A DNA stretch of 64,000 nucleotides. Source: Candidatus Zixiibacteriota bacterium (GTDB taxonomy: Bacteria > RBG-13-66-14 > B26-G2 > WVWN01). The notes below the pieces were generated by a model that was given only the letters and a program-made list of their open reading frames with translations, was not told where the DNA came from and did no database searches. The translations under genes and the position numbers were made by a program. Of this stretch, positions 38,048-47,544 are shown piece by piece. How positions within the stretch are numbered: the first letter of the stretch is position 1; every line of letters starts with the position of its first letter. The stretch lies in the NCBI GenBank assembly GCA_050117845.1, contig JASFLY010000004.1:64001-128000 (forward strand). The letters are read 5' to 3'.

Positions 38048-38910
38048 CACACGAACCGTACGAAGGTGGTCAGTATGGCCCAAGCGCCCGCGAGCGCCAG
38101 GCCGGTTCCCAGGACCGCGTAGCACGCCCGCAGGGCGAAACGCAGGCGCTTCCCGCCGACGTCGACGCCCGGGAAGTCGAAGACCACGGCGGGCCAGGCC
38201 TGCCGGAAGAGGAATACGAGGCCCATCCCCAGGCCGAAGTCGACCGCCACCGCGGCGCTGAGTACCGTGGGCCAGGGGTGGCCGTGGAGCCGAAAGGCGA
38301 TGCCCGCCGCGCACAACAGCGCGACGACGCTCGAGGTCATAAGGCCGGTGGGCCACGACCGCAGCCACGCGCCCTTCCCGGCCGCCCGCCGCAGCGCGTC
38401 GCTCAGGGAGTTGAACAGCGTCTCGAGCGGCCCGTATTCCGAGCCCGCCGCCCAGATGTACGAGCGGTCCGCGGTAGGGGAGTTTCGCAGCTGCACCAGC
38501 ACGCTGGTGGAGTCCGACACGAAGGACACCTTGAGCGCCCGCGGCCTCATTTCGCGCTGGCGGGAAAGCCACCGCAGGAAGTGCTTTACGCCGCGGTAGC
38601 GGCTGTGCTTCTCGGCTCCGCCGGAGATGAATTCGAGTTCGAAATTGGGGCGCAATTTGCGCAAAGCTTTCTCGTAATGCATCAGCGTGAGGTTGGCGAG
38701 GTCGGAGGTGGAAAGGCCGTCCTCGCTCCGGGCCGCGTACCATTCCCGGGTCGCCCGGTCGGCCTCGTGGCGGGCGTAGTCGTACAGAATGCCGTCGATT
38801 TCCCGGAGCAGATCCGGGTGAACCCGCGCGACCTTCAGTTTGCGAAAAACTTCGAAACGGCCGGCGCTATCGACGCGTCGCGTCAGACTGTGGACGTTGA
38901 CACTCGGCAT
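38044..38910 (-). CDS. Hypothetical protein with about three C-terminal TM helices
   Basis: Open frame from ATG 38910; stop overlaps the start of the SLT-like gene. Confidence 0.7.
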   Translation of the reverse strand: MPSVNVHSLTRRVDSAGRFEVFRKLKVARVHPDLLREIDGILYDYARHEADRATREWYAARSEDGLSTSDLANLTLMHYEKALRKLRPNFELEFISGGAEKHSRYRGVKHFLRWLSRQREMRPRALKVSFVSDSTSVLVQLRNSPTADRSYIWAAGSEYGPLETLFNSLSDALRRAAGKGAWLRSWPTGLMTSSVVALLCAAGIAFRLHGHPWPTVLSAAVAVDFGLGMGLVFLFRQAWPAVVFDFPGVDVGGKRLRFALRACYAVLGTGLALAGAWAILTTFVRFVW

Positions 38911-38948
38911 GGTTTCGTCCCCGCCATCGCCCCTCCATTATACAAAAT

Positions 38949-38973
38949 AAAGGCGGGTCGTCAACCCGCCTTT
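38949..38973. terminator. Intrinsic terminator after ahcY
   Basis: AAAGGCGGGT-CGTCA-ACCCGCCTTT. Confidence 0.75.
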
Positions 38974-38996
38974 GAGAGTTCGAGAGTATTGGTCGC

Positions 38997-40253
38997 CTAG
39001 GTCCCGATGTGCCACGAGGCCAGGTATTCGGCCTGCTCCTCCGTGAGGACGTCGATATTGACGCCCATCGCCCGGAGCTTGAGGGCCGCGACCTCGTCGT
39101 CGATGTCCTGAGGGACGGCGTAAACGTTCTTCTCCAGAGAGTCGGCCTTCCGGCTCAGGTACGCGGCGCCCAGGGCCTGGTTGGCGAAGGACATGTCCAT
39201 GACCGTCGCCGGGTGCCCCTCCGCCGCCGCCAGGTTCACGAGGCGCCCTTCCGCCAGCACGAAGATGCAGCGGTCGTCGGGCAGCACGAACTCCACGACG
39301 TTGGGCCGGACGGTCCGGGTCGACTTGGCCATCTTCGTGAGCGATTCCAGGTCTATCTCGACGTTGAAGTGGCCGGAGTTGGCGACGATGGCGCCGTCCT
39401 TCATGAGCTCGAAGTGCTCGGCCCGCAGGACGTGAATGTCGCCCGTGAGGGTGCAGAAGAGGTCGCCCATGGGCGCGGCCTGCTCCATCGCCATGACGCG
39501 GTGGCCGTCCATCTGGGCCTCGAGGGCGCGCACGGGGTCGACTTCCGTAACGATGACGTGGGCCCCCATGCCGCGGGCCCGCATCGCGAAGCCCCGGCCG
39601 CACCATCCGTAGCCCGCCACGACCACGGTGGAACCCGCGAACAGCATGTTGGTGGCGCGGAGGATGCCGTCCACGGTGGACTGGCCGGTGCCGTAGCGGT
39701 TGTCGAAGAGGTGCTTGGTGCGGGCGTCGTTGACCGCGATGATGGGGTAGGCCAGGTCGCCCTTCTGGGCCATCGCCCGGAGGCGGATGACGCCGGTGGT
39801 CGTCTCCTCGGTGCCGCCGCGGATGTGCTCCAAGAGCTCCCGCCGGTCGGTGTGGACGGTGGACACGAGGTCGGCGCCGTCGTCCATCGTTATCGTCGGC
39901 TTGACGTCGAGGGCCTGGTTGATGTGCTGGTAGTAGAGGTCCCGGTCGGCGCCGTAGACGGCGAAGACGGAAATGCCGAAGTCCTCGGCCAGCGAGGCCG
40001 CGACGTCGTCCGAGGTCGAGAGGGGGTTCGAGGCGCAAAGCGTAACCTCGGCCCCGCCCGCCTTGAGCGTCCGGGCCAGGTTCGCCGTCTCCGTGGTGAC
40101 GTGGAGGCAGGCGCTCAGGCGCTGGCCCTGGAGCGGCTTGTCGCGTTCGAAGCGTTCGCGGATGAGCGTGAGAACCGGCATGTGCCGGTCGGCCCATTCG
40201 ATTTTATTCTTCCCTTGCGGGGCGAGTTTGCGGTCTTTAACGTCGCTGGGCAT
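38997..40253 (-). CDS. ahcY: Adenosylhomocysteinase
   Basis: [55 protein letters not shown]. Confidence 0.98.
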   Translation of the reverse strand: MPSDVKDRKLAPQGKNKIEWADRHMPVLTLIRERFERDKPLQGQRLSACLHVTTETANLARTLKAGGAEVTLCASNPLSTSDDVAASLAEDFGISVFAVYGADRDLYYQHINQALDVKPTITMDDGADLVSTVHTDRRELLEHIRGGTEETTTGVIRLRAMAQKGDLAYPIIAVNDARTKHLFDNRYGTGQSTVDGILRATNMLFAGSTVVVAGYGWCGRGFAMRARGMGAHVIVTEVDPVRALEAQMDGHRVMAMEQAAPMGDLFCTLTGDIHVLRAEHFELMKDGAIVANSGHFNVEIDLESLTKMAKSTRTVRPNVVEFVLPDDRCIFVLAEGRLVNLAAAEGHPATVMDMSFANQALGAAYLSRKADSLEKNVYAVPQDIDDEVAALKLRAMGVNIDVLTEEQAEYLASWHIGT

Positions 40254-40268
40254 CTTGGCTCCTCGCGT

Positions 40269-41429
40269 TTAGAGTCCGGCGGCGGCGCGAAGTTCGTCGG
40301 CGCGGTGGGTTTTTTCCCAGGTGAAACCGTCTTCGTCGCGGCCGAAGTGGCCGTAGGCCGCGGTCTGCTTGTATATCGGCCGCCGCAGCTCGAGGTAATC
40401 TATAACGGCCGCGGGGCGCAGGTCGAAGAGGTCCCGCACGATATTGGCGGTTTTCTCGTCGTCTATTTTACCGGTGCCGAAGGTCTCTACGGCCACGGAT
40501 ACGGGCTCGGCCACGCCGATGGCGTAGGCGACCTCGAGTTCGCAGCGCGTCGCGATGCCGGAGGCCACGACGTTCTTGGCGACGTGGCGCATCATGTAAG
40601 CGCTGGAGCGGTCGACCTTGGAGGGGTCCTTGCCCGAGAAGCAACCGCCGCCGTGCCGCCCCATGCCGCCGTAGGTGTCGACGATTATCTTGCGGCCGGT
40701 GAGGCCGGCGTCGGCCTGGGGGCCGCCCAGGACGAAACGGCCGGTCGGGTTTACGAAGTATTTGGTGTTGTCGTCGAGCATCTCGGCCGGGATGATGGGC
40801 CGGACGACGTGCTCGAGTATGGATTCCCGAATTTCTTCGGAGGATACCTCGGGGTGGTGCTGGCACGCGATGACCACGGCGTCCACGCGCACGGGTTTGT
40901 CGTCCACGTATTCCGCCGTAACCTGCGACTTGCCGTCGGGCCGGAGCCAGGGCAGCGTGCCGTCGTGCCGGACGGCCGCCAACCGCCGCACGAGCTTGTG
41001 GGCGTACATGATGGGGAAGGGCATCAGCTCGGGCGTCTGGTCCACGGCGAAGCCGAACATCATGCCCTGGTCGCCGGCGCCCTGTTCCCGGGCGTCGGTG
41101 GGGAGGACGCCGACGGCGATGTCGGGGGATTGCTCGTCGATGGAGGTAAGGACCGCGCAGGTGTTGGAGTCGAAGCCGTATTCGGCGTCGGTGTATCCTA
41201 TTTCCTTTATGGTCTGGCGGACCGTCTTGGGGATGTCGACGTAACATTCGGTCGTAATTTCGCCGCATACCAGCGCCAGGCCGGTGTTGACGGTGGTCTC
41301 GCAGGCGACGCGGCCGAATTTATCCTGTGCGAAGATGTGGTCGAGTATAGCGTCGGAGATCTGGTCGGCGACTTTATCCGGGTGCCCTTCCGTGACGCTT
41401 TCGGAAGTGAATAGGTATCGTTGGGCCAT
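40269..41429 (-). CDS. metK: S-adenosylmethionine synthetase
   Basis: [58 protein letters not shown]. Confidence 0.98.
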   Translation of the reverse strand: MAQRYLFTSESVTEGHPDKVADQISDAILDHIFAQDKFGRVACETTVNTGLALVCGEITTECYVDIPKTVRQTIKEIGYTDAEYGFDSNTCAVLTSIDEQSPDIAVGVLPTDAREQGAGDQGMMFGFAVDQTPELMPFPIMYAHKLVRRLAAVRHDGTLPWLRPDGKSQVTAEYVDDKPVRVDAVVIACQHHPEVSSEEIRESILEHVVRPIIPAEMLDDNTKYFVNPTGRFVLGGPQADAGLTGRKIIVDTYGGMGRHGGGCFSGKDPSKVDRSSAYMMRHVAKNVVASGIATRCELEVAYAIGVAEPVSVAVETFGTGKIDDEKTANIVRDLFDLRPAAVIDYLELRRPIYKQTAAYGHFGRDEDGFTWEKTHRADELRAAAGL

Positions 41430-41622
41430 GGTACCTCCTGTGCGCAACTATTTAGAGGCCCGGCCGGCCCGGGCCGCCATAATGAACGGGGGAATAGAAG
41501 GAATTGACGTAAAAACTAACATATTTCCCAAAGTAAATCAAATTCAAAATTAACAAGGGAGGAAATGCCGGTTTTTTTCCCTTAAAGCGCAAGGGCGTAG
41601 GCCGCCGTTTCCGATTACTCAT

Positions 41623-41722
41623 GTGCCGTTAGGTGTCGCGGTGGGGCAGGCATTCTTGCCTGACCGGCGGTACTTACGGCCGACACGAATGCCGGCCCCA
41701 CCGTGGTAACACCCGACGCCAC
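41623..41722. repeat. 100-nt imperfect inverted repeat between divergent metK and tRNA-Leu
   Basis: GTGCCGTTAGGTGTCGCGGTGGGGCAGGCATTC pairs with GAATGCCGGCCCCACCGTGGTAACACCCGACGCCAC. Confidence 0.7.
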
Positions 41723-41912
41723 TTCGAATCACGCGTACGGTTCTATATTCGGAACGACGGCCCCGGAGGCCGCCGTTTCGTAGTCGATTAATCGGGCCGG
41801 CGCCTCCCGTAGCGTTTTTTGCCCCCTTCGGAACCATTTTAAGAGGTTTAGATTTCCGGCGGAAAATGTTAAAATGTATCAAAACGGTCCGGTCAGCCGA
41901 CCGGCATACGGC

Positions 41913-41995
41913 GCGAGAGTGGCGGAACTGGCAGACGCGCTGGATTTAGGATCCAGTGGCCTCCGGCTGTGCGGGTTCGAATCCCGCCTCTCGCA
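41913..41995 (+). tRNA. tRNA-Leu(UAG); CCA not encoded
   Basis: GCGAGAG/CTCTCGC acceptor, CTGGA-TTTAGGA-TCCAG anticodon arm, long variable arm, GGTTCGAATCC; upstream of tig. Confidence 0.96.
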
Positions 41996-42019
41996 GATTT
42001 TTAATTTAAAGGTAGTCAT

Positions 42020-43219
42020 ATGGCAGAATTTACGAAAATCGGAGAAAACACCGTCCGTCTCGAGGTCGAGATCCCGGCCGAGGAAGTCCGCGCCCAGGCC
42101 GACAGGACCTACGCCGAGTTGGCCCGCACCGTCAAAATGCCCGGATTCCGGAAGGGCAAAACGCCGCGGCGCATCCTCCAGCGTAAGTACGCGGAGCACG
42201 TTCTCCAGACGGTGATAGACGATCTAGTCCCGGTGGCGTTCGACCGGGCGGCGAACGAGCTGGGCATCGACGTCGTGGACACGCCCCGCTACGAGGTCAC
42301 GGCCGCGGCCGTTGACGGCCCCATCGAGTTCAAGGCTGAGGTCGCCGTCTTCCCGGAGATAGAATTGCCCGATTACTCCAAGTTCGCCGTAAAACGCGAA
42401 CGCCACGAGGTCAAGGATGACGACGTGGACCGGGCCCTCGAGAACATGCGCCAGGCCAACGCCCGCCTCGAGCCCGTCGGCGAGCGGGCCAGCCTCGACG
42501 GCGAACTCGTCATCCTCCGTTTCATCGACGAGGCGCCGGAGGGCTTTTCCCAACAGACGGTCGGCGTGTGGGCGAGCGTAGACGCCGACGACCCGTTCGC
42601 CCGGCAGGTCATGGGTAAGAAGGCCGGTGATTCCTTTGACCTCGTAATAGAGTACCCGGCCGATTACCCGTCGCCCCGGCACGCCGGGACGAAGGCCGAA
42701 GTGCCGGTGGAGGTCTCCGAGGTCAAGAAGAAGATACCGCCGGACCTGAACGACGATTTCGCCCGCGACGTCGGCGAGGACGATCTGGAATCTCTACGCG
42801 CCAGGTTCCGTACCCGCCTCGAGGCCCGGGCGGAGCAGATATCGTACGTGGCCGCGTACCGGCGCTTTATCGAAGACGTCCTGGCCCGGGCGAAGGTTCC
42901 CATGGACGATTCCTTCCTGGCCACCTTCATCGAGGAAGGCGAGAGCGGGGAATTGGACGAGAAGACCCGGCAGGAGCGGCTGGAAGAGGCCCGCCGCGAC
43001 CTGGGCCAGTATTTCGTCGTGCGGGAACTCGCCCGCCGGGAGAAGATAGAAGTATCGGCCGACGAAGTGCGGGAGGCCATAACGGCCGCCGCGTCGGCGG
43101 GCGGGGCGGCGCCGGAGAGGCCGGCCGCCGTGTACGACCGCTTACTCAATGAGAAACTCGCCGCCAAACTCGTGCCCCGGGAGCCCTCCGGGGAAGACGG
43201 CGTTATCGTCCGGCCCTGA
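42020..43219 (+). CDS. tig: Trigger factor
   Basis: Ribosome-binding PGFRKGK.P, EVAVFPEIEL, YPADY, PDLNDDFA; follows tRNA-Leu. Confidence 0.92.
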   Translation: MAEFTKIGENTVRLEVEIPAEEVRAQADRTYAELARTVKMPGFRKGKTPRRILQRKYAEHVLQTVIDDLVPVAFDRAANELGIDVVDTPRYEVTAAAVDGPIEFKAEVAVFPEIELPDYSKFAVKRERHEVKDDDVDRALENMRQANARLEPVGERASLDGELVILRFIDEAPEGFSQQTVGVWASVDADDPFARQVMGKKAGDSFDLVIEYPADYPSPRHAGTKAEVPVEVSEVKKKIPPDLNDDFARDVGEDDLESLRARFRTRLEARAEQISYVAAYRRFIEDVLARAKVPMDDSFLATFIEEGESGELDEKTRQERLEEARRDLGQYFVVRELARREKIEVSADEVREAITAAASAGGAAPERPAAVYDRLLNEKLAAKLVPREPSGEDGVIVRP

Positions 43220-43979
43220 GGACTTCCCCCCGGGCGCCACGGACCAGTGCGAACTCTTCGGCGGCCGCCTGACGCTGACGCAGCCGACCGACGGGTATCG
43301 CTTCTCGCTCGACTCCGTGCTGCTGGCGTGGTGGGTGGAATTCTCCCCCGGGGAACGGATACTGGACGCCGGCTGCGGCGTGGGGGTCGTGGCTCTGGCC
43401 CTCGCCCGATGTCGCGGGGCCCGCGACGTACTGGGCGTCGAACTGCAACCGGCCCTCGCGGCGCTCGCCCGGGCCAACGTCATCGCCAACGGCGCCGAGG
43501 CCCTGGTCTCGGTGCGGGAGGCCGATCTGCGAGAACTCCCGCCCGATCTGGCCGGGAGTTTTGACGTCGTGTGCGCCAACCCGCCGTTCCGGGAAGCGGG
43601 CGGAGGCCGCGTCAATCCCTCCCCGGGAAAGGCCGCGGCCCGGCACGAATTGACGCTCACGCTGGATGAACTCGCCCGGGCGGCGGCCGCGGCGCTTCGG
43701 CCCGGAGGCCGCTTCTATTTCATCCACCAGCCGCGACGATTGCCCGAGATAATGGCCGCGGCGGCGAACGCCGGATTGCGCATGGAACGGCTGCGCTTCG
43801 TCCAGCCGGCGGCGGCGGAAGCGGCGAACCTGGTTCTGGGGGCCGCGCGGGCGGGCGGATCGCGCGAAACGGCGGTAATGCCGCCGCTCGTCATTTACGG
43901 CGAAGGCCGGGACTACGGCCCGGAGCTGGCCGCTATTTACGAAGGCGACGGAAAACCACTATACGGCGAGGAATTATGA
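43149..43979 (+). CDS. tRNA1(Val) m6A37 methyltransferase (TrmN6/YfiC)-like SAM methyltransferase
   Basis: QP.DGYRFSLDSVLLA, LDAGCGVG, GVELQ, NPPF, ARHE. Start uncertain; the only in-frame ATG overlaps tig. Confidence 0.85.
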   Translation: MRNSPPNSCPGSPPGKTALSSGPEDFPPGATDQCELFGGRLTLTQPTDGYRFSLDSVLLAWWVEFSPGERILDAGCGVGVVALALARCRGARDVLGVELQPALAALARANVIANGAEALVSVREADLRELPPDLAGSFDVVCANPPFREAGGGRVNPSPGKAAARHELTLTLDELARAAAAALRPGGRFYFIHQPRRLPEIMAAAANAGLRMERLRFVQPAAAEAANLVLGAARAGGSRETAVMPPLVIYGEGRDYGPELAAIYEGDGKPLYGEEL

Positions 43980-45049
43980 GAACCCATCCCAAAGCGAAGC
44001 ACGTAGTAATGCGGGACGCCGCGTCGCTCCCCATACTGCTGGTCGGCGTATTCATGCTGGTCGCGATGGGAACCCGCGTCGACCCGACCCTGCCGGAGGA
44101 CCGCCTCTTCGCCGGCGTCGGCGGCGACTATCGCGAGGTCACGTTCGGCGTGCACGGCGGATACGGCGTGTACCCCATCCGGATAAAATACTTCGACAGC
44201 CCCGACTACGACGGCCCGCCCGTGATTCTGGTGCACGGCATGGGAACGTCCGACATTTATTTCTGGCGGGTGCACGGCGAGGTGGAGGTGTTCGCCGGAT
44301 TCATTTATTCCGAACAGCGGAACGTCTCCGCGGTGGGGCACGCCCAGGGTCTAGCCGACCTCGGCTACGACGTCGTGACCTACTCCTACCCGGATTCGCG
44401 CAACCGCCCCATCGAGTTCCAGGCCTACGACCTGGCCCGCGTTATCAAGTGGACCAAGGAAAAGTTCATCAAGCGGGAGGTCATACTGGTGGGCCACAGC
44501 GTCGGCGGCCTTATCTGTCGCTATTACGTCGAATCGGGCCAGCCGGGCCGCGAGAATTATCAACTTCCCTATAAGGATATGATGGACGATTACCACTGGA
44601 ACGGCTACTACAACGTGTCGAACTTCGAGATGAAGCGCTTGCGCTACCAGTACGACGTCACCAAACTCTTCCTCATCGCGACGCCCAATTACGGCAGCCT
44701 CAAAGAGGACGGCCGTGACTACGGCAGCCCGGCGCTCCTGGAACTCAAGGAGAACAGCGACTTCGTGAACTGGCTGGAGGAGGGGCGGCGCCGGGCCGTG
44801 GAGGAGTCGTACAAGCGGCCGCCGGTTTACGTCTTCGCGGGCAACGCGTACGACAACTACATGGGGGAGGGGCCGCTGGACTTCGGCGACGGCATCGTCA
44901 CGGTCCCGTCGGCCGTGGGGCCGTACGACGAGGACCCCCGCGCCCGGGTGTTCTACTTCGACCTCGACCACTTCGAGCTGGCGCTCGACGGCGAGGTCCT
45001 GGCGAAGATGTATACCATGCTGGAGGAGACGCCCGGCAGTAACCTTTGA
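43976..45049 (+). CDS. Membrane-anchored or exported alpha/beta hydrolase (lipase/PGAP1-like)
   Basis: PVILVHG, GHSVGG, IATPNYGS, GDGIV...S, DH. Confidence 0.82.
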   Translation: MRTHPKAKHVVMRDAASLPILLVGVFMLVAMGTRVDPTLPEDRLFAGVGGDYREVTFGVHGGYGVYPIRIKYFDSPDYDGPPVILVHGMGTSDIYFWRVHGEVEVFAGFIYSEQRNVSAVGHAQGLADLGYDVVTYSYPDSRNRPIEFQAYDLARVIKWTKEKFIKREVILVGHSVGGLICRYYVESGQPGRENYQLPYKDMMDDYHWNGYYNVSNFEMKRLRYQYDVTKLFLIATPNYGSLKEDGRDYGSPALLELKENSDFVNWLEEGRRRAVEESYKRPPVYVFAGNAYDNYMGEGPLDFGDGIVTVPSAVGPYDEDPRARVFYFDLDHFELALDGEVLAKMYTMLEETPGSNL

Positions 45050-45070
45050 CGCCGAGGCGACCTTTATCTA

Positions 45071-45099
45071 TTGACTCGCGCTTTAAAATCGGGTAAAAT
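45071..45099 (+). promoter_or_regulatory. Sigma70-type promoter for NHL gene 1
   Basis: TTGACT-17 nt-TAAAAT. Confidence 0.7.
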
Positions 45100-45156
45100 T
45101 AAAATATACATATGCCATACGGGGGGCCGGGGTTAAACCGGCGGATGGTGATAACG

Positions 45157-46128
45157 ATGCGCGGCGTGGTGGTGGCCGCTTGCGTGGCGCTGGTGGGAAT
45201 CGGCGGCGCGTCGGCGTTATGGGAATACGAAGGACAATGGGGAGTAAAGGGCACGGGTAACGGCGAGTTCGGTCATCCCGAAGGGATTGCGCCGGGCCCG
45301 AACGATAGGATATACGTAGCCGATACCGATAACGACCGTATCCAATTCTTTGGATCGGTCGGTTCTTTTTTGGGAAAATGGGGTAAGCCCGGCCGGGCCG
45401 ACGGCCAGTTCGACGACCCGGTGGACGTGGACGTGGCCGCCAACGGCGTCGTGTACGTGGCCGACGAGGGTAACTACCGGGTGCAGTACTTCAACTCGAA
45501 CGGTTCCTTCATCGGCAAATGGGGGTCGAAGGGCACCGGCAAGGGCCAGTTCAAGAAGGCCATCGACGTCGCCGTTTCGTCCTTCAGCGTGATTTACGTG
45601 GCCGACGCCGATAATCATCGCGTGCAGTATTTCACGCCCACGGGGTCCTACCTTGGGATGTGGGGCGTTAGCGGCGCCGGGGCCGGCGAGTTCAAGGAGC
45701 CTTCGGGCCTCGCCATCAACTCCCGCGGCCATATCTACGTGGCCGATTCCGGCAATCACCGAATCCAATACTTCACGAGCAGCGGTTCCTACCTGGGCCG
45801 CTGGGGGTACATGGGCTCGGGCAACGGCGAGTTCCACACGCCGTACGCCGTGTCCATCGGCCCGAACGACATAGTCCTGGTGGCGGACCAGTTCAACCAT
45901 CGCCTCCAGTTCTTCACGCCGACCGGGTCCTTCCTCGGCAAGGTGGGCAACGAGGGTTCGGGCGACGGCGAGTTCAAGTTCCCCTACGCGCTGACCTGCG
46001 TCGTGCCCGGAGAACGATTATACGTGGCGGACTCGGTCAACTACCGCGTGCAGTACTTCCGGCGGACCAAGAGCGAACCCGCCGTGGAGCCGACGTCGCT
46101 CGGCCGGATCAAGGCCCTGTTCGACTAA
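45157..46128 (+). CDS. Secreted six-bladed NHL beta-propeller 1, tail VEPTSLGRIKALFD
   Basis: Signal peptide; six WG..G.G.G[EQ]F..P.G...YVAD..N.R[IV]QYF repeats. Confidence 0.9.
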   Translation: MRGVVVAACVALVGIGGASALWEYEGQWGVKGTGNGEFGHPEGIAPGPNDRIYVADTDNDRIQFFGSVGSFLGKWGKPGRADGQFDDPVDVDVAANGVVYVADEGNYRVQYFNSNGSFIGKWGSKGTGKGQFKKAIDVAVSSFSVIYVADADNHRVQYFTPTGSYLGMWGVSGAGAGEFKEPSGLAINSRGHIYVADSGNHRIQYFTSSGSYLGRWGYMGSGNGEFHTPYAVSIGPNDIVLVADQFNHRLQFFTPTGSFLGKVGNEGSGDGEFKFPYALTCVVPGERLYVADSVNYRVQYFRRTKSEPAVEPTSLGRIKALFD

Positions 46129-46134
46129 AACTAA

Positions 46135-46214
46135 AACTCGATTGTGCGAAACGCCGCCGCCCGGCCCCGGCCGGGCGTTTTGTTTTGCCTTGGGGGCTCC
46201 GCGGATGGTATTAT
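46135..46214 (+). repeat. Terminator-promoter cassette, copy 1
   Basis: AACTCGATT..GCGAAAC, CGCCCGGC/GCCGGGCG hairpin, T-rich run, TTGCCT-18-TATTAT. Confidence 0.75.
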
Positions 46215-46227
46215 TAAATGGAATAAG

Positions 46228-46374
46228 GGCGACCCGAGGAGGAGACGGGGATTGAGGGAAAACGTTCCGAGGACGTAGGCCGCGGCCGCGACGCCCCGTT
46301 GGGCGCCGGCGGCCGTCTATTGTTTTAGGAGAACGTTTCCCTCGACGACGGCCCCGACCCGGCCTCGAACCGCC
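46228..46374 (+). ncRNA. Candidate structured RNA (long rod-like hairpin), family unknown
   Basis: Nested complementary segments with several G-U pairs on the + strand, starting right after a promoter-like motif. Confidence 0.45.
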
Positions 46375-46474
46375 GGAGGACCCCGAGAGGTCTTTACCTA
46401 CTAATCGGCGTTAAGCCCCCGACCTCGACGGCTGGAGAGGAGGCGCGAGGTCTTTAAACTAAAGGAGGTTGGCG

Positions 46475-47428
46475 ATGAGGTTAATCCCTATTAGCGTTAT
46501 TATTCTCGCCTGCGCGGCGTGGGGTAGTTCTCCCGCATGGGTTTACGAGTTTCAATGGGGCTCCTTCGGCACGTTGGCGGGTCAATTCCGGTTTCCGATG
46601 GGAGTCTACGCTTCCAATAATACATACATATACGTCGCGGATACCAATAACAACCGCGTACAGTACTTCGAGGACAACGGCTATCCTAAAGGGCAATGGG
46701 GAGAGAGTGGCACCGGCGACGGCCAGTTCAACCAGCCCCGGGACGTTAAGGCGAATAACAAGGGCAACATCTACGTCGTGGACAGCCTAAACGACCGGAT
46801 CCAGTATTTCTCCGGCCTCGGGTCATTCCGGGGAAAATGGGGTACTTCCGGTTCCGGGGACGGCCAATTCGATGGACCCTTCGGTATTGCGGTATCTCCG
46901 GACGGCGACATTTACGTGGCCGATTCCGGGAACAACCGTATTCAGTACTTCACCTCTACGGGTTCTTTTCTGGGCAAATGGGGTTCCGAGGGAGTAGGCG
47001 ACGGTCAGTTCAAAACCCCGCGGGGGATAGCCGTCGCTTCCGACGGTACGGTCTACGTAGCCGACGTGTCCAACTATCGCGTCCAATACTTCAGCTCTTC
47101 CGGGTCTTTTTTGGGCCGGTGGGGTTCGAAGGGTACGGGAGCCGGCCAGTTCGATTATCCGTGGGCCCTGACCATAAGCCCGACCGGCGACGTTTACGTG
47201 AGCGATTATAATAATCTGAGGATCCAATACTTCACGCCTACCGGTTCCTACCTCGGCGCTATCGGCGGAGCGGGCCAGTTTAACAGCCAGGTCGGGATAT
47301 CCTATAACCCTCTCGGCCCCCAGCTTTACGTGGCGGACGCCGGGAACGCTCGCATACAACGTTACCGGTGCACGAACGCGGCCGTCGTCCCCGCCTCTTT
47401 GGGTAGCATTAAAGCGTTGTTCGAATAA
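46475..47428 (+). CDS. Secreted NHL beta-propeller 2, tail VVPASLGSIKALFE
   Basis: AAGGAGG RBS, signal peptide, six NHL repeats. Confidence 0.9.
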   Translation: MRLIPISVIILACAAWGSSPAWVYEFQWGSFGTLAGQFRFPMGVYASNNTYIYVADTNNNRVQYFEDNGYPKGQWGESGTGDGQFNQPRDVKANNKGNIYVVDSLNDRIQYFSGLGSFRGKWGTSGSGDGQFDGPFGIAVSPDGDIYVADSGNNRIQYFTSTGSFLGKWGSEGVGDGQFKTPRGIAVASDGTVYVADVSNYRVQYFSSSGSFLGRWGSKGTGAGQFDYPWALTISPTGDVYVSDYNNLRIQYFTPTGSYLGAIGGAGQFNSQVGISYNPLGPQLYVADAGNARIQRYRCTNAAVVPASLGSIKALFE

Positions 47429-47513
47429 CTCAATTGGGCGTAAAGCCGCCGCCCGGCTCCGGCCGGGCGTTTTTATTTGACCTCTCCGCCATTCGGGTAG
47501 TATACTTGACATA
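47427..47513 (+). repeat. Terminator-promoter cassette, copy 2
   Basis: AACTCAATT..GCGTAAA, CGCCCGGC/GCCGGGCG, TTTTT, TTGACC-18-TATACT, TGACATA. Confidence 0.8.
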
Positions 47514-47544
47514 TACACGAAGGCGAATTAAGGGAGTATGAACT

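Noticed and set aside
35483..38743. 1086-aa ORF as listed in the track
   Set aside because: Its first ~230 codons overlap the 38044-38910 gene in another frame; the GTG at 38047 coupled to that gene's stop is the more plausible start.
41430..41620. SAM or SAH riboswitch upstream of metK-ahcY
   Set aside because: No recognisable SAM-I/II or SAH consensus; only a short GGCCCGG/CCGGGCC hairpin. An Rfam scan would be decisive.
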